Positions 9,701-19,212 of a stretch of DNA of 64,000 bases are shown here, one piece after another; within the stretch, counting starts at the first letter, position 1, and each line of letters starts with the position of its first letter. Location of the stretch: the IMG/VR virus record IMGVR_UViG_3300023174_000122, positions 1 to 64,000 of that record, one strand, 5' to 3'. The DNA is from a virus. A program made the position numbers and the translations under genes. A model generated the notes under the pieces. It made no database searches, was not told where the DNA came from, and saw only the letters and a list, made by a program, of their open reading frames with translations.

Positions 9701-11261
9701 AAGTTTTGCTCAAGACACAACATTTGGCGACTCGGCGCAGGGTGACTTTTTAGTTATTTCTGGTAATAATTTTACAGTCTACGGAAGTGGTAATTTTACT
9801 AGTGGGCTTTTTGTTAATGGCAACGCAGTACTAACTGGAGTTAATTTAACTCCATACGCAACAACAGCTAACCTCGCTTCAACTGGTTCAACTTTAACAA
9901 ATAGTATTAATTCATTAAGCGGAACTCTTACTGGAAATTACGCTACAATCTTAAATCTTGCATCTACTGGAAATACATTAAATACTAGAATAAATTCATT
10001 AAGTGGTACATTAACTGGGAACTATCTTACAACTTCATCTGCTTCTAGTGCTTATGCAACTATAACTAATCTAATAAGCACTGGATCTACTTTAAACTCT
10101 AATATAAATTCTTTAAGTGGTACATTAACATCAACTTATGCTACCATTACTAATCTCGGATTAACTGGTAGTACATTAGCGACTAATCTTGCTTCAACTG
10201 GCTCTACTTTAAATACAAGAATAAATAATCTCAGTGGCTATATAAATTCTTCAAGTAGTAATATTGTATTTACAACTGGCAATCAAACTATTAGTGGAAA
10301 CAAAACATTCCAAACTTCTCAAGTTAATATAACTGGATCTAGTTTAAACTTTGGAGATATTATTAACCTTGGAACACCAGTAATATTCACCCAAAGTAAT
10401 AATACTACAACCCAAGTAATTGATTCTATTGATACTAATGTTCAGATAACAAGAGGAAGTCGGTTTGGCATTTATAACCCAAGCCAAGAAGGTGGATGGA
10501 ATGGAAGTGGACCAATTTATACAGAATGGAATGGTGACGGATGGAGTGATTTAACTAACATTGCTGATAGAACTTATTATACTTTCTATGATTTAGCTCA
10601 AGCCTATGGACAAAACATAGGTAATTATATAGTTGGTAAAGAATTAGTAATGTATGATTATTATAATAATAAATATTATAAATTTTATTTTACAAACTGG
10701 CAACCAGGTGGATCAAGTTCATGGAATGGCGAAGAAGACGAAGGAGTTATTACTTATGCAGGTTTTGAATATACAAGAACAAGAATTTTTTCAGCTAATA
10801 AATCTGAAATTAATGGTTCAAATGTAGGTGGATATCTTGATCTTAAAAATAGACTTTTTATTAATGGCACAGGAGTTCTTTTAAGTGGAGAAGCTGGCAA
10901 AGTTCCCGATACGGTTGTACAAACTACTGGAACTCAAACTATAATTGGAAGTAAAGCATTTTCAGCAGCTACAACATTTTCAGCAGCATCAACATTTAAT
11001 TCTGCAGTTAATTTTAATAACAATATAACAGTAGCTCAAACTGGCATATTTAGTAGCATGGATGTATTTGTTGATGAGATGAGTATTTCTGGAATTAATT
11101 TAACACTAACAAGCGGCAATTTAATTTTAGCAGGTCCTACTGGAATACCATCAACTACAGGAGCAAGTGGAGTTAAGGGAACAATTGTTTGGAATACTGG
11201 ATTTTTATATGTTTGCACAAACACTAATTCTTGGCGCAGAGCAGCTCTAAGCACTTGGTAA
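6744..11261 (+). CDS. long repetitive fibre protein (head or tail fibre)
   Basis: Many ~29-aa repeats LASTGSTLxxxINSLSGTLTSTYATITN; six G(N/D/T)Q(T/S)IxGxK(T/S/I/A)F fibre motifs; short collagen GSQGPRGEKG; C-terminal GxKGxIxWxxxxLYVC...WRR module. Confidence 0.8.
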   Translation: MADFNVDVNLPSAINVDITSPTQALATNISIPGSQGPRGEKGNPTSINSLTAENIVITGVNGNTVYATGFNTIFISGNSGYFQSAINNLTTNLNSTGSSLQSNINTLSSNLNSTGSNLENKITSLSGDAVLEYGNQTIQGQKTFTEDLIVQKSGFFWSGIKIGLNSIIINEESIKISGDPVVVQSTFTGYTGDVSNTYATINSLVSTGSTLETKIGSLSGTLTSNYATITNLASTGATLTSSINSLNSAFTGFTGNLDTTYATDSQLATTGTTLVNSISSLSGTLTSNYATISNLASTGLKLVNTISSLSGTLTSTYATVTNLASTGSTLDAKINSLSGYVTGADATLITNLASTGSTLNSSINSLSGLFTGYTGTLDATYATDSQLQSTGTSLNNSITSLSGTLTSTYATISNLASTGSTLDNKIGSLSGTLTSTYATITNLASTGSTLNNSINSLSGTLTSTYATINNLASTGSTLQSNISSTGSSLDNKIGSLSGTLTSTYATITNLASTGSTLNTKINEFSGYVNTQDTSISNNLISTGNTLQNSINSLSGSSVLLYGDQSIGGVKTFRDNVYINNLFVTGTETIISTNNFNVQSPYLLLNLTGGAVDGGIFFVTGSGLTGINNSGPIIGFDHSNKFKFGVSTRNSDLSTLPDIASVQDITAYSGFVDGKYSTIINLASTGSTLSTNLASTGSTLQTNINNLSNTYATITNLASTGSTLVTNLASTGSTLNTKINNLSGYVNSTGSNIVFTTGNQTISGDKIFKNNIVIEQTGIFSAIDLSDTDSILLSGIDIQIVSGSMTLTNPPTISGNPFITGNLALYATTINLASTGNTLNSNINSLSGTLTSNYATITNLASTGSTLVTNLASTGSTLNSNINSLSGTLTSTYATISNLASTGSTLATNLANTGSTLNSSINSLSGTLTSTYATINNLGSTGNTLVTNLASTGSTLNTRINNLSGYINSTSSNIVFTTGNQTISGVKSFAQDTTFGDSAQGDFLVISGNNFTVYGSGNFTSGLFVNGNAVLTGVNLTPYATTANLASTGSTLTNSINSLSGTLTGNYATILNLASTGNTLNTRINSLSGTLTGNYLTTSSASSAYATITNLISTGSTLNSNINSLSGTLTSTYATITNLGLTGSTLATNLASTGSTLNTRINNLSGYINSSSSNIVFTTGNQTISGNKTFQTSQVNITGSSLNFGDIINLGTPVIFTQSNNTTTQVIDSIDTNVQITRGSRFGIYNPSQEGGWNGSGPIYTEWNGDGWSDLTNIADRTYYTFYDLAQAYGQNIGNYIVGKELVMYDYYNNKYYKFYFTNWQPGGSSSWNGEEDEGVITYAGFEYTRTRIFSANKSEINGSNVGGYLDLKNRLFINGTGVLLSGEAGKVPDTVVQTTGTQTIIGSKAFSAATTFSAASTFNSAVNFNNNITVAQTGIFSSMDVFVDEMSISGINLTLTSGNLILAGPTGIPSTTGASGVKGTIVWNTGFLYVCTNTNSWRRAALSTW

Positions 11262-11264
11262 AAT

Positions 11265-13457
11265 ATGGCCAAAATATCAATTAAAAAATATACTGATCCA
11301 TATATTAATAATGTTTGTTTATTTCTTCCATTTAATAGTAATTTTAATGATAATTCAAAAAATAACTCTTCTGTTACTGCATATGGAAATCCACAGATTA
11401 GCTCGACTCAAAGCAAATTTGGAGGGGCATCGGCTTATTTTCATGGATATGGAGATTATTTAGACGTTTCTAATTTGCCTAGCGATTATTTAAGTCAAGA
11501 TTTTACTATTGAAGCCTGGGTTTGGATAGATGACTCTAAATATAATTCTTGTTTATTTAATACATTTCCACACAACTCTTTTGGAGTTAGTTTAAATAGA
11601 CAAGATGCAGGACGTAAAACATCTTTTGGTATTGGTAATGGTACATATTGGTATGCAGGAATTGAGAGCGATACTCTATTATCTTTTAATACATGGCAGC
11701 ATATAGCTTTCGTAAGAAGTAATAATACTATAACTTTATATGAGAATGGAATAGCTCGTGTTTCTACTAATTATCTGCCAACTGGATTTGGTACTTCTTG
11801 CAGAATTGGATCAATCACATGGATTTATGGTTTAAATAACGAAGAATATAAAGGCTATATGCAAGATTTTAGAATCACAAAAGGAATAGCAAGATATACT
11901 TCTAATTTTACGCCAAGATCAATCCTACCAAATAATGATAAATTAAATATTAAAAAAATAATAGAAGGCTCTCAAGTATCCTCTCTTTCAGGACTCTCTC
12001 TTTGGTTAAAAGCAGACGCAGGAGTAACTATGGGAGGAGGCAATGTAAATACTTGGGCAGATCAAAGTCCAAATGGAAATAATGCTACTGGTCCAGCTAC
12101 CAAAAAACCAACTTTTGTTAGTAATGGTATAAATGGCAAACCAGCAATGTCGTTTAACGGAACAACACAATTATTTACAATCAATGATAGTAATTCTTTA
12201 GATCTAATAAGATTTTCAATTTATGTTGTTCTAAAAAGAAATGCAAATGGAACTGGTAATGAGTTTGTACTTGTAAAAAATCCAAATAATAGTAGTGATG
12301 CTCCAGTATATTACCACCTTGCAAAAGTGAATGGAAGTAATAGCAGGTTTATAGCATACACCACAAGTGGGTATGCGTCTAATATTGATACTCTTGTAGA
12401 TTTAGGAGATGGAGCAGCAAGAATAATGTCATTTATTTATAACGGAACTACCAATGATTCTTATGTAAATGGAATAAAAACCGACTCTACTTACGGATAT
12501 GGAGATATAATTACTTCCACAGGCTCTCTTCAAATTGGAGGATCTGATCAGTCGCTGAGTGGTGCTCAATGGTATTTCAATGGATATATTAGTGAAATTA
12601 TAATATTTAACAGAGCACTAAATACTACTGAACACCTTTCTGTAACGAATTATTTAAATGATAAGTATGCTTTATATACTTCCAGCAATATAAAAAATGG
12701 TAAATTAAAAATATTATTTCCAGAATTATCATTAGATCAAATCTTTTTGCGCCTTGAATCAGATAAAAATATTACTTTAAATGGTAGCAATGTATCTGCT
12801 TGGGGTGATTTAAGCGGAGGAACTAGAAACTTTTCTCAAGCTGCAGATGATAATCAACCAATATTTTTGAATGGAGGATTAGAATTTCAAGCAAGTCAAC
12901 AATATAACGATTCAAATGCAGATTATATGGAAAATACAAACAATCCTTCTGATATTAATAATATCACTGGACCATATACATTTGCTGTTGTAGCTAATTT
13001 AAATTTAGGTCTTTCTACTTTTATTAATGCTTCTTCAAATAATCCATATAGAAGAAAATTATCTTGTTATTATTATAATGACGGTGATACAAGTTCTTTA
13101 GGTATAAGCAATGGTCCTGGTGATGGATACGGATCATCTATATCTAATCCACCAATAGATATTGGACAGAAAAATATTATTATTATCAGAGTTGTATCTA
13201 ATACTCAGGTAGATTATTTCATTAATAATACTAAGATATCTCAAAATGATGCCAATCTTAATTTAAATCCTGGAATTACTACACCAACGCCACTCTATCT
13301 TGGGGCTGCAAGAGGATTCGGAGGAGGAGGATATAATGCTGAAGCTAGTTGGGGTAATCCAGTTATTTATGATTTATTTTTATATAATAAAAGTTTAACA
13401 GAATCAGAAGTGGTAGCATTAAAATATTATTTAAATAATAAACATGGTATATATTAA
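11265..13457 (+). CDS. multi-LamG/concanavalin A-like lectin domain virion protein
   Basis: DFTIEAWV...WQHIAFVR...GYMQDFRITKGIARY; LSLWLKAD...WADQS...GYISEIIIFNRAL...YLNDKY; a third similar domain follows. Confidence 0.8.
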   Translation: MAKISIKKYTDPYINNVCLFLPFNSNFNDNSKNNSSVTAYGNPQISSTQSKFGGASAYFHGYGDYLDVSNLPSDYLSQDFTIEAWVWIDDSKYNSCLFNTFPHNSFGVSLNRQDAGRKTSFGIGNGTYWYAGIESDTLLSFNTWQHIAFVRSNNTITLYENGIARVSTNYLPTGFGTSCRIGSITWIYGLNNEEYKGYMQDFRITKGIARYTSNFTPRSILPNNDKLNIKKIIEGSQVSSLSGLSLWLKADAGVTMGGGNVNTWADQSPNGNNATGPATKKPTFVSNGINGKPAMSFNGTTQLFTINDSNSLDLIRFSIYVVLKRNANGTGNEFVLVKNPNNSSDAPVYYHLAKVNGSNSRFIAYTTSGYASNIDTLVDLGDGAARIMSFIYNGTTNDSYVNGIKTDSTYGYGDIITSTGSLQIGGSDQSLSGAQWYFNGYISEIIIFNRALNTTEHLSVTNYLNDKYALYTSSNIKNGKLKILFPELSLDQIFLRLESDKNITLNGSNVSAWGDLSGGTRNFSQAADDNQPIFLNGGLEFQASQQYNDSNADYMENTNNPSDINNITGPYTFAVVANLNLGLSTFINASSNNPYRRKLSCYYYNDGDTSSLGISNGPGDGYGSSISNPPIDIGQKNIIIIRVVSNTQVDYFINNTKISQNDANLNLNPGITTPTPLYLGAARGFGGGGYNAEASWGNPVIYDLFLYNKSLTESEVVALKYYLNNKHGIY

Positions 13458-13465
13458 AGTGTAAT
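13458..13465 (+). promoter_or_regulatory. putative late promoter motif AGTGTAAT
   Basis: In a 17-nt intergenic gap, 9 nt upstream of ATG 13475. Confidence 0.6.
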
Positions 13466-13474
13466 ATCTATTAT

Positions 13475-14116
13475 ATGACCAATAAAATTGTAGATATATC
13501 AGACGAAATTTATCGCGAATTAGGCGAGCCAAGTGATATTAGCATCCCTAGCATAGCTTTTTGGCTAAGAACGAATTTGGGCAAATTAAACATTTTAATT
13601 AATAAAAAATACTCAATTAGTACATTAGACTTTGAGGTGGACGCAATAGAAAATGAAGTTTTCACAATAATAGAAAAATCAATCTTCAAGAAAATGTATA
13701 ATATACATTATTATGATAGACAGATTATAAAATTGATAGGAAGATCTAACAATATAAATCTTATAAGCACAGATACCAGTAATAGCGGAGATAATGTAAC
13801 TACTGGATCAGCAAATTCTGATACAATTGAAATCTCAGAAAATGGTTTTTCTTATAAAAAAGCTAATAGTGAAAGCACTAGCCAAATTTATAAAAGAGCA
13901 ACAGAAGCTATCAAAGCCAATACTCAATTTGTTCGACAATTAGGTTTAAATTTTGTAGAATTAAAAAAACAAGAAACAGAAGAATTAAAAATGTTAACTC
14001 AAAGTTATAATTTAAATCGAGTCAATCCATTACAGATTGCAGGAGATGATATATATCAAGAAGGTAATAGACCTTATAATTACGAGTCTAATATTAGAAG
14101 CCTAGAGAATTTATAA
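13475..14116 (+). CDS. putative head-tail adaptor/neck protein
   Basis: Synteny only (between capsid region and tail tube). Confidence 0.45.
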   Translation: MTNKIVDISDEIYRELGEPSDISIPSIAFWLRTNLGKLNILINKKYSISTLDFEVDAIENEVFTIIEKSIFKKMYNIHYYDRQIIKLIGRSNNINLISTDTSNSGDNVTTGSANSDTIEISENGFSYKKANSESTSQIYKRATEAIKANTQFVRQLGLNFVELKKQETEELKMLTQSYNLNRVNPLQIAGDDIYQEGNRPYNYESNIRSLENL

Positions 14117-14117
14117 T

Positions 14118-14561
14118 ATGGCATCGCTGATACTAAGTTCAGAAATAGCCGCCTATAAACAAGCGATAAATGATCATTTTGATACTTTCAAAAGGTTAAT
14201 AACTGTTCATAAAACTCCAGTTAAAAGAATAACTATATCAACTGCTAATCCACAGATAGTAGGATATCAAACTGATTCGGTAGAAGAACAAATCGAATAT
14301 GTTTCACAAAGTGAAAATTTTTATGCCATAGTTAAATATGAAGATCGCAATAATCAAGATATAGTAGAACAAATACAAATTAAAACAAACAACCAAGTCG
14401 TATCAATCAAAGTAAAAAGCGATGCTAGAAACTATATATTAAATAGCAAAACAGAAAAAATTACTTTTGATGATAAAAGTTTTAATGTAGTAAGCGCAGA
14501 TATAATCAAAAATTATCAAGGGTTAATATATTATCTTTTTTATATAGAAGAAACAAAGTAA
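14118..14561 (+). CDS. putative head closure/stopper protein
   Basis: 147 aa, beta-rich; synteny. Confidence 0.45.
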   Translation: MASLILSSEIAAYKQAINDHFDTFKRLITVHKTPVKRITISTANPQIVGYQTDSVEEQIEYVSQSENFYAIVKYEDRNNQDIVEQIQIKTNNQVVSIKVKSDARNYILNSKTEKITFDDKSFNVVSADIIKNYQGLIYYLFYIEETK

Positions 14562-14562
14562 A

Positions 14563-15153
14563 ATGGGCTCTGTAAATTACGCTTCGGTAAGAGAAAAAAT
14601 TAAAAATTCAAAAAAATTAGAAAATTTAGTGGATAAAAGAATCAATAATGGTATTGAAGAAGCAAAGAATAATTTCATATCTCAATTTGAAGAACACCCA
14701 GTCACTCAAGAAATAAAGAGTGGTCCAAACGCAGGAAATGATTCTGGGACTTTAAACGGCAAAGGAAATCTTTTTAGTTTCATAGGTTTTGAAGCAGGAT
14801 CAAATCCTATTGGTCCAGTTTCTAACTTCTTAAAAAACGCATTCCAAGTTAAAAAATTAAAGACTGGAGTTTCTAAGTCTAAAATTGTTATGAATTATAA
14901 ACTTTACTATCCTACAGAAAAAGATTTAGATGCTTTGACTCCAATGCCTTGGGAACCAGGAAATAGCTGGTTAATTAAAATTGAAAAAGGAATATCTGGT
15001 TTTAGTAATTACGTTAATAAAGCTTTTGGAAAAGGCAGGTCTGGAAGTGGTTTACAGTCTGAAAATAATGTGCGATCTGGTAATTTTAAACCAACTAAAT
15101 ACGTATCAGAAATAGTTAACGACTTCTTAAAAAGTGTAAAGAAGATTAAATGA
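14563..15153 (+). CDS. putative neck/tail completion protein
   Basis: Basic protein; synteny. Confidence 0.4.
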   Translation: MGSVNYASVREKIKNSKKLENLVDKRINNGIEEAKNNFISQFEEHPVTQEIKSGPNAGNDSGTLNGKGNLFSFIGFEAGSNPIGPVSNFLKNAFQVKKLKTGVSKSKIVMNYKLYYPTEKDLDALTPMPWEPGNSWLIKIEKGISGFSNYVNKAFGKGRSGSGLQSENNVRSGNFKPTKYVSEIVNDFLKSVKKIK

Positions 15154-16001
15154 AGACGCAGTTTGATAATCTAGTTACGTCTAGCATGATGCTATTTATT
15201 GATCATAAATTATGCTCAAAAGGAGAAGCTTTTACTAATTATAGTGGTCAAATATACCCTATTGAAAGTAGTTATTATTCTTATAATACGTATGCTTTAC
15301 CATTTAGACAAATTATAGCTGATAGTTCAATTAGTGGCGCTAATATTATGTCTGGAGTTTATGTTGGCAATACATTCACTCCTGTAAATACAAGTAATCT
15401 AATAGGAATCAACCATTATAGAGGTCAAGCCTATTTCAGCGGTTTAGCAAGTAATACCTTGAGCGGTAGATATTCTGTAAAAGATTTTAATGTATATTTA
15501 ACAAATAAACCAGAAGAAGAGATATTATTTGAAACTCAATATAAAGTAAGGCCAAAAATAGCTCAAAGTTTAACTGGATTAGCTGATAATACCGAAACAA
15601 TTCCATCTATATTCATAAAAAGTAATGGTGGGGTAAATGAGCCATTTGGCTTTGGGGGTATTAAAAATACTATGTTAGATATAAGAGCTATTGTTATAGC
15701 TGATAATTTATACAATTTAGATGCTGTTTGCTCAATTCTAAGAGATACAAATAATAATTTTGTTTATACAATTGAATCTAGCGATTTAGGGCTAGATAAT
15801 TTAGGCAATTTCACTAGTGGTTACTATAACTATAATAATATAGTTAATAATAAGATAAATAGCACAGATAAGCTCTATATAGAAGAGGTAAGAGTGAGTA
15901 AAGTACCAAATTTAGGATTTAATAGTTCTAATTATAAAAATACTTTATTCACTGCTTTTATTGATTTTACTCTAAGAAAAATTAGAGGAAATTTAAATTA
16001 A
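15150..16001 (+). CDS. putative tail terminator protein
   Basis: Immediately upstream of tail tube; PSIFI...GFGG pattern. Confidence 0.4.
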   Translation: MKTQFDNLVTSSMMLFIDHKLCSKGEAFTNYSGQIYPIESSYYSYNTYALPFRQIIADSSISGANIMSGVYVGNTFTPVNTSNLIGINHYRGQAYFSGLASNTLSGRYSVKDFNVYLTNKPEEEILFETQYKVRPKIAQSLTGLADNTETIPSIFIKSNGGVNEPFGFGGIKNTMLDIRAIVIADNLYNLDAVCSILRDTNNNFVYTIESSDLGLDNLGNFTSGYYNYNNIVNNKINSTDKLYIEEVRVSKVPNLGFNSSNYKNTLFTAFIDFTLRKIRGNLN

Positions 16002-16023
16002 AAGTTCTCATGCAACCTTATTT

Positions 16024-16031
16024 AATGTAAT
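16024..16031 (+). promoter_or_regulatory. late-promoter-like motif AATGTAAT
   Basis: Variant motif in the intergenic gap before the tail tube gene; SD AGGAG follows. Confidence 0.4.
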
Positions 16032-16061
16032 TTCAAGTGAATTGATAGGAGATAAAAATAT

Positions 16062-16880
16062 ATGGGAAATGTAACATACTATCCAGCACAAAAACTAACA
16101 GTTGGAGGAACAGAAATTAATCTAGTTCAAAGCGCCGATGTAGACTTCAGTATTAGTCGTCAAGACGTTTTTGAATTCGGCAATCTTTATGCTATTGATA
16201 ATATCCAAGTTGAACCACCTACTGCTACTTTAAATTTTTCTTATATTCTTGCTACTGGAATTAATAATCATACTCTTTTAGGTTTAAATAATTTTGATAC
16301 TTTATTAGGTGACGTAGCTGGCAAACAATATATATTGAGCGGAGCAGGAGCACTAACAATCCCTAGCGGACTAATAAGTTCTTATGCTGTAGAAGCTTCT
16401 GTAGGAAATTTACCAACAGTCACAGTTAGCGTTCAAGCTCTTGATGCTACATATGTTGCTGGAACTCCAAGTTATCCACTCGTAGGTACAAATTCTGATA
16501 TTAATGTTATTCGTCCAGACGAAATTGTTGTTACCATCGCAGGTACCGCATACGAATGTAGATCTTTTAGTTTCTCGCTTGATATCCCACGCGAATATAT
16601 AAATAAATTGGGTGCATTAACACCAATTGCTAATATTATTTCTGGTCCACCTAAAGTTTCAGTTGACGCAGAAATTATTCTAAGGGATAGCGCTAATCCT
16701 AAATTCGCTAATAATAGCAAAAATAACGTAAGTATAGCTTGCGGAAGTTTAACTTATACTATTAGTGATGCTAGATTAGCCAACTTCACAACTAATACAA
16801 CTTTAGATGACATCCAAGTTGCATCAATCTCACTAGAAGCTCCTGTCAAATCTGCTGCTGCAATTGCGATCCCTGGTTAA
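16062..16880 (+). CDS. major tail tube protein
   Basis: Strong SD; two-fold internal beta repeat (VQSADVDFSISRQDVFEFG / CRSFSFSLDIPREYINKLG); position before chaperones and tape measure. Confidence 0.7.
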   Translation: MGNVTYYPAQKLTVGGTEINLVQSADVDFSISRQDVFEFGNLYAIDNIQVEPPTATLNFSYILATGINNHTLLGLNNFDTLLGDVAGKQYILSGAGALTIPSGLISSYAVEASVGNLPTVTVSVQALDATYVAGTPSYPLVGTNSDINVIRPDEIVVTIAGTAYECRSFSFSLDIPREYINKLGALTPIANIISGPPKVSVDAEIILRDSANPKFANNSKNNVSIACGSLTYTISDARLANFTTNTTLDDIQVASISLEAPVKSAAAIAIPG

Positions 16881-16904
16881 GAATTTTAATTATTATATAA
16901 TAAA

Positions 16905-16934
16905 TTAGACTTTCGGTTTGGTTTGGCGTATGAT
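16905..16934 (+). promoter_or_regulatory. sigma70-like promoter TTAGAC-N18-TATGAT
   Basis: Upstream of ATG 16956. Confidence 0.45.
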
Positions 16935-16955
16935 AATTTAAAGGTTAAAGGTGTT

Positions 16956-17171
16956 ATGTCAAAGGAACAAGAATATCTATCATTTCAAGTTAGAAGAAAA
17001 ATCACTTCTTTATTTAAGAATTATTTTATAATACTAGAGGATATAATCAGAGAAAATCCCTCCATATCTCAAGAAAAATATAATCAAATTCGTAAAAGAA
17101 TCTTAGATTATGGTAATGATACCATTAGAGAAGTCGAACAGGACATTAATCAATTTAAGATTTCTTTATGA
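16956..17171 (+). CDS. hypothetical protein (start revised to ATG 16956)
   Basis: AAGGTTAAAGG upstream; RKRILDYGND motif. Confidence 0.6.
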   Translation: MSKEQEYLSFQVRRKITSLFKNYFIILEDIIRENPSISQEKYNQIRKRILDYGNDTIREVEQDINQFKISL

Positions 17172-17428
17172 AAAAATTAAAGTTTGATTTTCCTGCTCAA
17201 AGTATTATTGAGAATAATTTAGGCTTACAATCAATACAAAGAACATTATCTAGAGATTATAAAATATATAGCCCAAAAATAGAAACTTTAACAAGCAATA
17301 AATTTATATCTATATATAGCACTTGGGATACGAAAAGAAAAGAAGACTTTGTCAGAACTGTGGCTGGAAAAATTAATTTTAAAAAAGTTAAAACTTTTTT
17401 TGACAATCAAATAGGAGAGAATACATGA
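17168..17428 (+). CDS. hypothetical protein
   Basis: ATGA-coupled ORF. Confidence 0.55.
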   Translation: MKKLKFDFPAQSIIENNLGLQSIQRTLSRDYKIYSPKIETLTSNKFISIYSTWDTKRKEDFVRTVAGKINFKKVKTFFDNQIGENT

Positions 17429-18189
17429 TAAATCAAAAATATTTATATCACTTTACAGAAAATCAAGTTATAGAAAAAGAACAAATTGAAGAATCTAAAA
17501 ACGAACAAGGGGAATTAGTAAAAACTATAAAAACCTTGAAAGAAGAGAAACCGATAGAATTTGCAATTAAGAAACCCAATAGAGTACTTTTTGATGAAGC
17601 CGAACTATTCTATGGCGTGAAATTAGCAGATGCAATTAAAGCTGGTATGTTAACGAAAACATTAATGATAAAAAAATATGATAAAGATGGTGGGATTTTT
17701 ACAGAGAACGAGCTTGAAAGAGTTAAGGGTACACTAGAAGAACTAGGAAGAATCCAAAGCTCAATTGACGTTTTAAATAAAAAAGAAGAAAATAAAGAAA
17801 CCTTAACAGAAGATGAAGTTAAAGAAAAGGTAGATTTTGAAGCTCAAATTAAATCTCTAAGACTTGAATTAGTAGATATAGAAAATAGTAAAAATAGCTT
17901 GTTCGAACAAACAGCTGAACATCGTGCAAGAAATAAGATTATGATGTGGTGGGTTCTTCAATTAGCTTATAGAAAAGATGGAGACATTTATACTCCATTA
18001 TTTAATGATGGTTCATATGATCAAAAGCTTAAAAAGTATGATGAAATTGAAGAAGGTGATGATAACTTCATGAAAAGTATTGTAACTAAATTTGCCTATT
18101 TTATTAGTTTTTGGTATGCAGGTAAAGCCTCTAAACAAGAAGAATTTAAAGTCATAGAAGACTACTTAAAGGGAGAAGCAGGAGCTTGA
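17425..18189 (+). CDS. putative tail assembly chaperone
   Basis: SD AGGAG; acidic coiled-coil; two genes before tape measure. Confidence 0.55.
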   Translation: MINQKYLYHFTENQVIEKEQIEESKNEQGELVKTIKTLKEEKPIEFAIKKPNRVLFDEAELFYGVKLADAIKAGMLTKTLMIKKYDKDGGIFTENELERVKGTLEELGRIQSSIDVLNKKEENKETLTEDEVKEKVDFEAQIKSLRLELVDIENSKNSLFEQTAEHRARNKIMMWWVLQLAYRKDGDIYTPLFNDGSYDQKLKKYDEIEEGDDNFMKSIVTKFAYFISFWYAGKASKQEEFKVIEDYLKGEAGA

Positions 18190-19172
18190 TAGACTTAGCT
18201 GACAAGAAGCTTAAACTTTTATTTTTTGAGATATGTAGTGGCGCTTCAAAAGTTTCAAATAAAGATAAACAATTCTATATAAAGCACTTTGGCGATTTTG
18301 ATTCTGGAGAATTCGAAGAGTATTTTTTTGAGAATTATGAAATGGCTAAAAAAAGCGGTCTGCCTAACCTAGAAGAAAAAGAAAAATTCTTAATTGAACA
18401 GAACTATTGGACAAAAGATAAAAACAAAGAATTAGAATATAAAACGGCCAAGTTAAATAACTTAGAAAAAACACAATCAAAATTGTTTCTAAAAAGTCAC
18501 ATAGATAAAAATAAGAAAGAAATTCAAGAGCTCAGAAGTGACGTTAAAGAGTTAAGCAATGAGAAAAATGAACTCTTAGGCGTTTCAGCTGAAACATACT
18601 CTCAAAATAAACTCGAATATTTCTATATTTTAAATTCATTTTATAAAGATAAAGCTCTAAAAGAAAAACTATTTGATTTTTATAATGATGATGTAGATCC
18701 AAATGCTTATTATGAATATATTGTAATACATAACAAGACTATTGAAAAGTTTAATGTTGACAACATAAAGTCTTTAGCTATATCTTCATTTTTCCAAAAC
18801 GCTATAAGTACATCTAATGAAAATTGTTATTATCTATTTAATAAGCCAATATACTCATTGACTTATTATCAAAATAGTATATTCACTTATGGTAAATATT
18901 TTAGTAATATATTAGCTATGCCAGAAGCTAGAAAACTAGAAGATGGCATAAAGAACAATCCAGACAAACTAATAGAATGGTATACAGCTTTTATTAATTT
19001 TAAAAATAAAAACCCAAGTGGTTCTGGTAAAGGTCTGAGCTTTGTTATGGGCGCAAATAAAGAAGATATGGAGTATCTAAAGCAAGATTCAAAAATGGAC
19101 ATGAATGATATAGCAAATGCTAAAGGTGGCAAATTAGATATTCAAGACTTAGCAAAATTATCTAAAATATAA
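18186..19172 (+). CDS. putative tail assembly chaperone 2 (possibly -1 frameshift extension)
   Basis: TTG start overlapping the upstream stop; directly before tape measure. Confidence 0.5.
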   Translation: MIDLADKKLKLLFFEICSGASKVSNKDKQFYIKHFGDFDSGEFEEYFFENYEMAKKSGLPNLEEKEKFLIEQNYWTKDKNKELEYKTAKLNNLEKTQSKLFLKSHIDKNKKEIQELRSDVKELSNEKNELLGVSAETYSQNKLEYFYILNSFYKDKALKEKLFDFYNDDVDPNAYYEYIVIHNKTIEKFNVDNIKSLAISSFFQNAISTSNENCYYLFNKPIYSLTYYQNSIFTYGKYFSNILAMPEARKLEDGIKNNPDKLIEWYTAFINFKNKNPSGSGKGLSFVMGANKEDMEYLKQDSKMDMNDIANAKGGKLDIQDLAKLSKI

Positions 19173-19179
19173 AAATATA

Positions 19180-19187
19180 AGTGTAAT
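19180..19187 (+). promoter_or_regulatory. putative late promoter motif AGTGTAAT
   Basis: Intergenic, before tape measure gene. Confidence 0.6.
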
Positions 19188-19212
19188 CATATCATAGGAA
19201 AAAGGTTAAACT

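Noticed and set aside
18145-18151. TTTAAAG slippery heptamer
   Set aside because: Wrong phase relative to the upstream ORF, and it overlaps the -1 frame stop at 18147.
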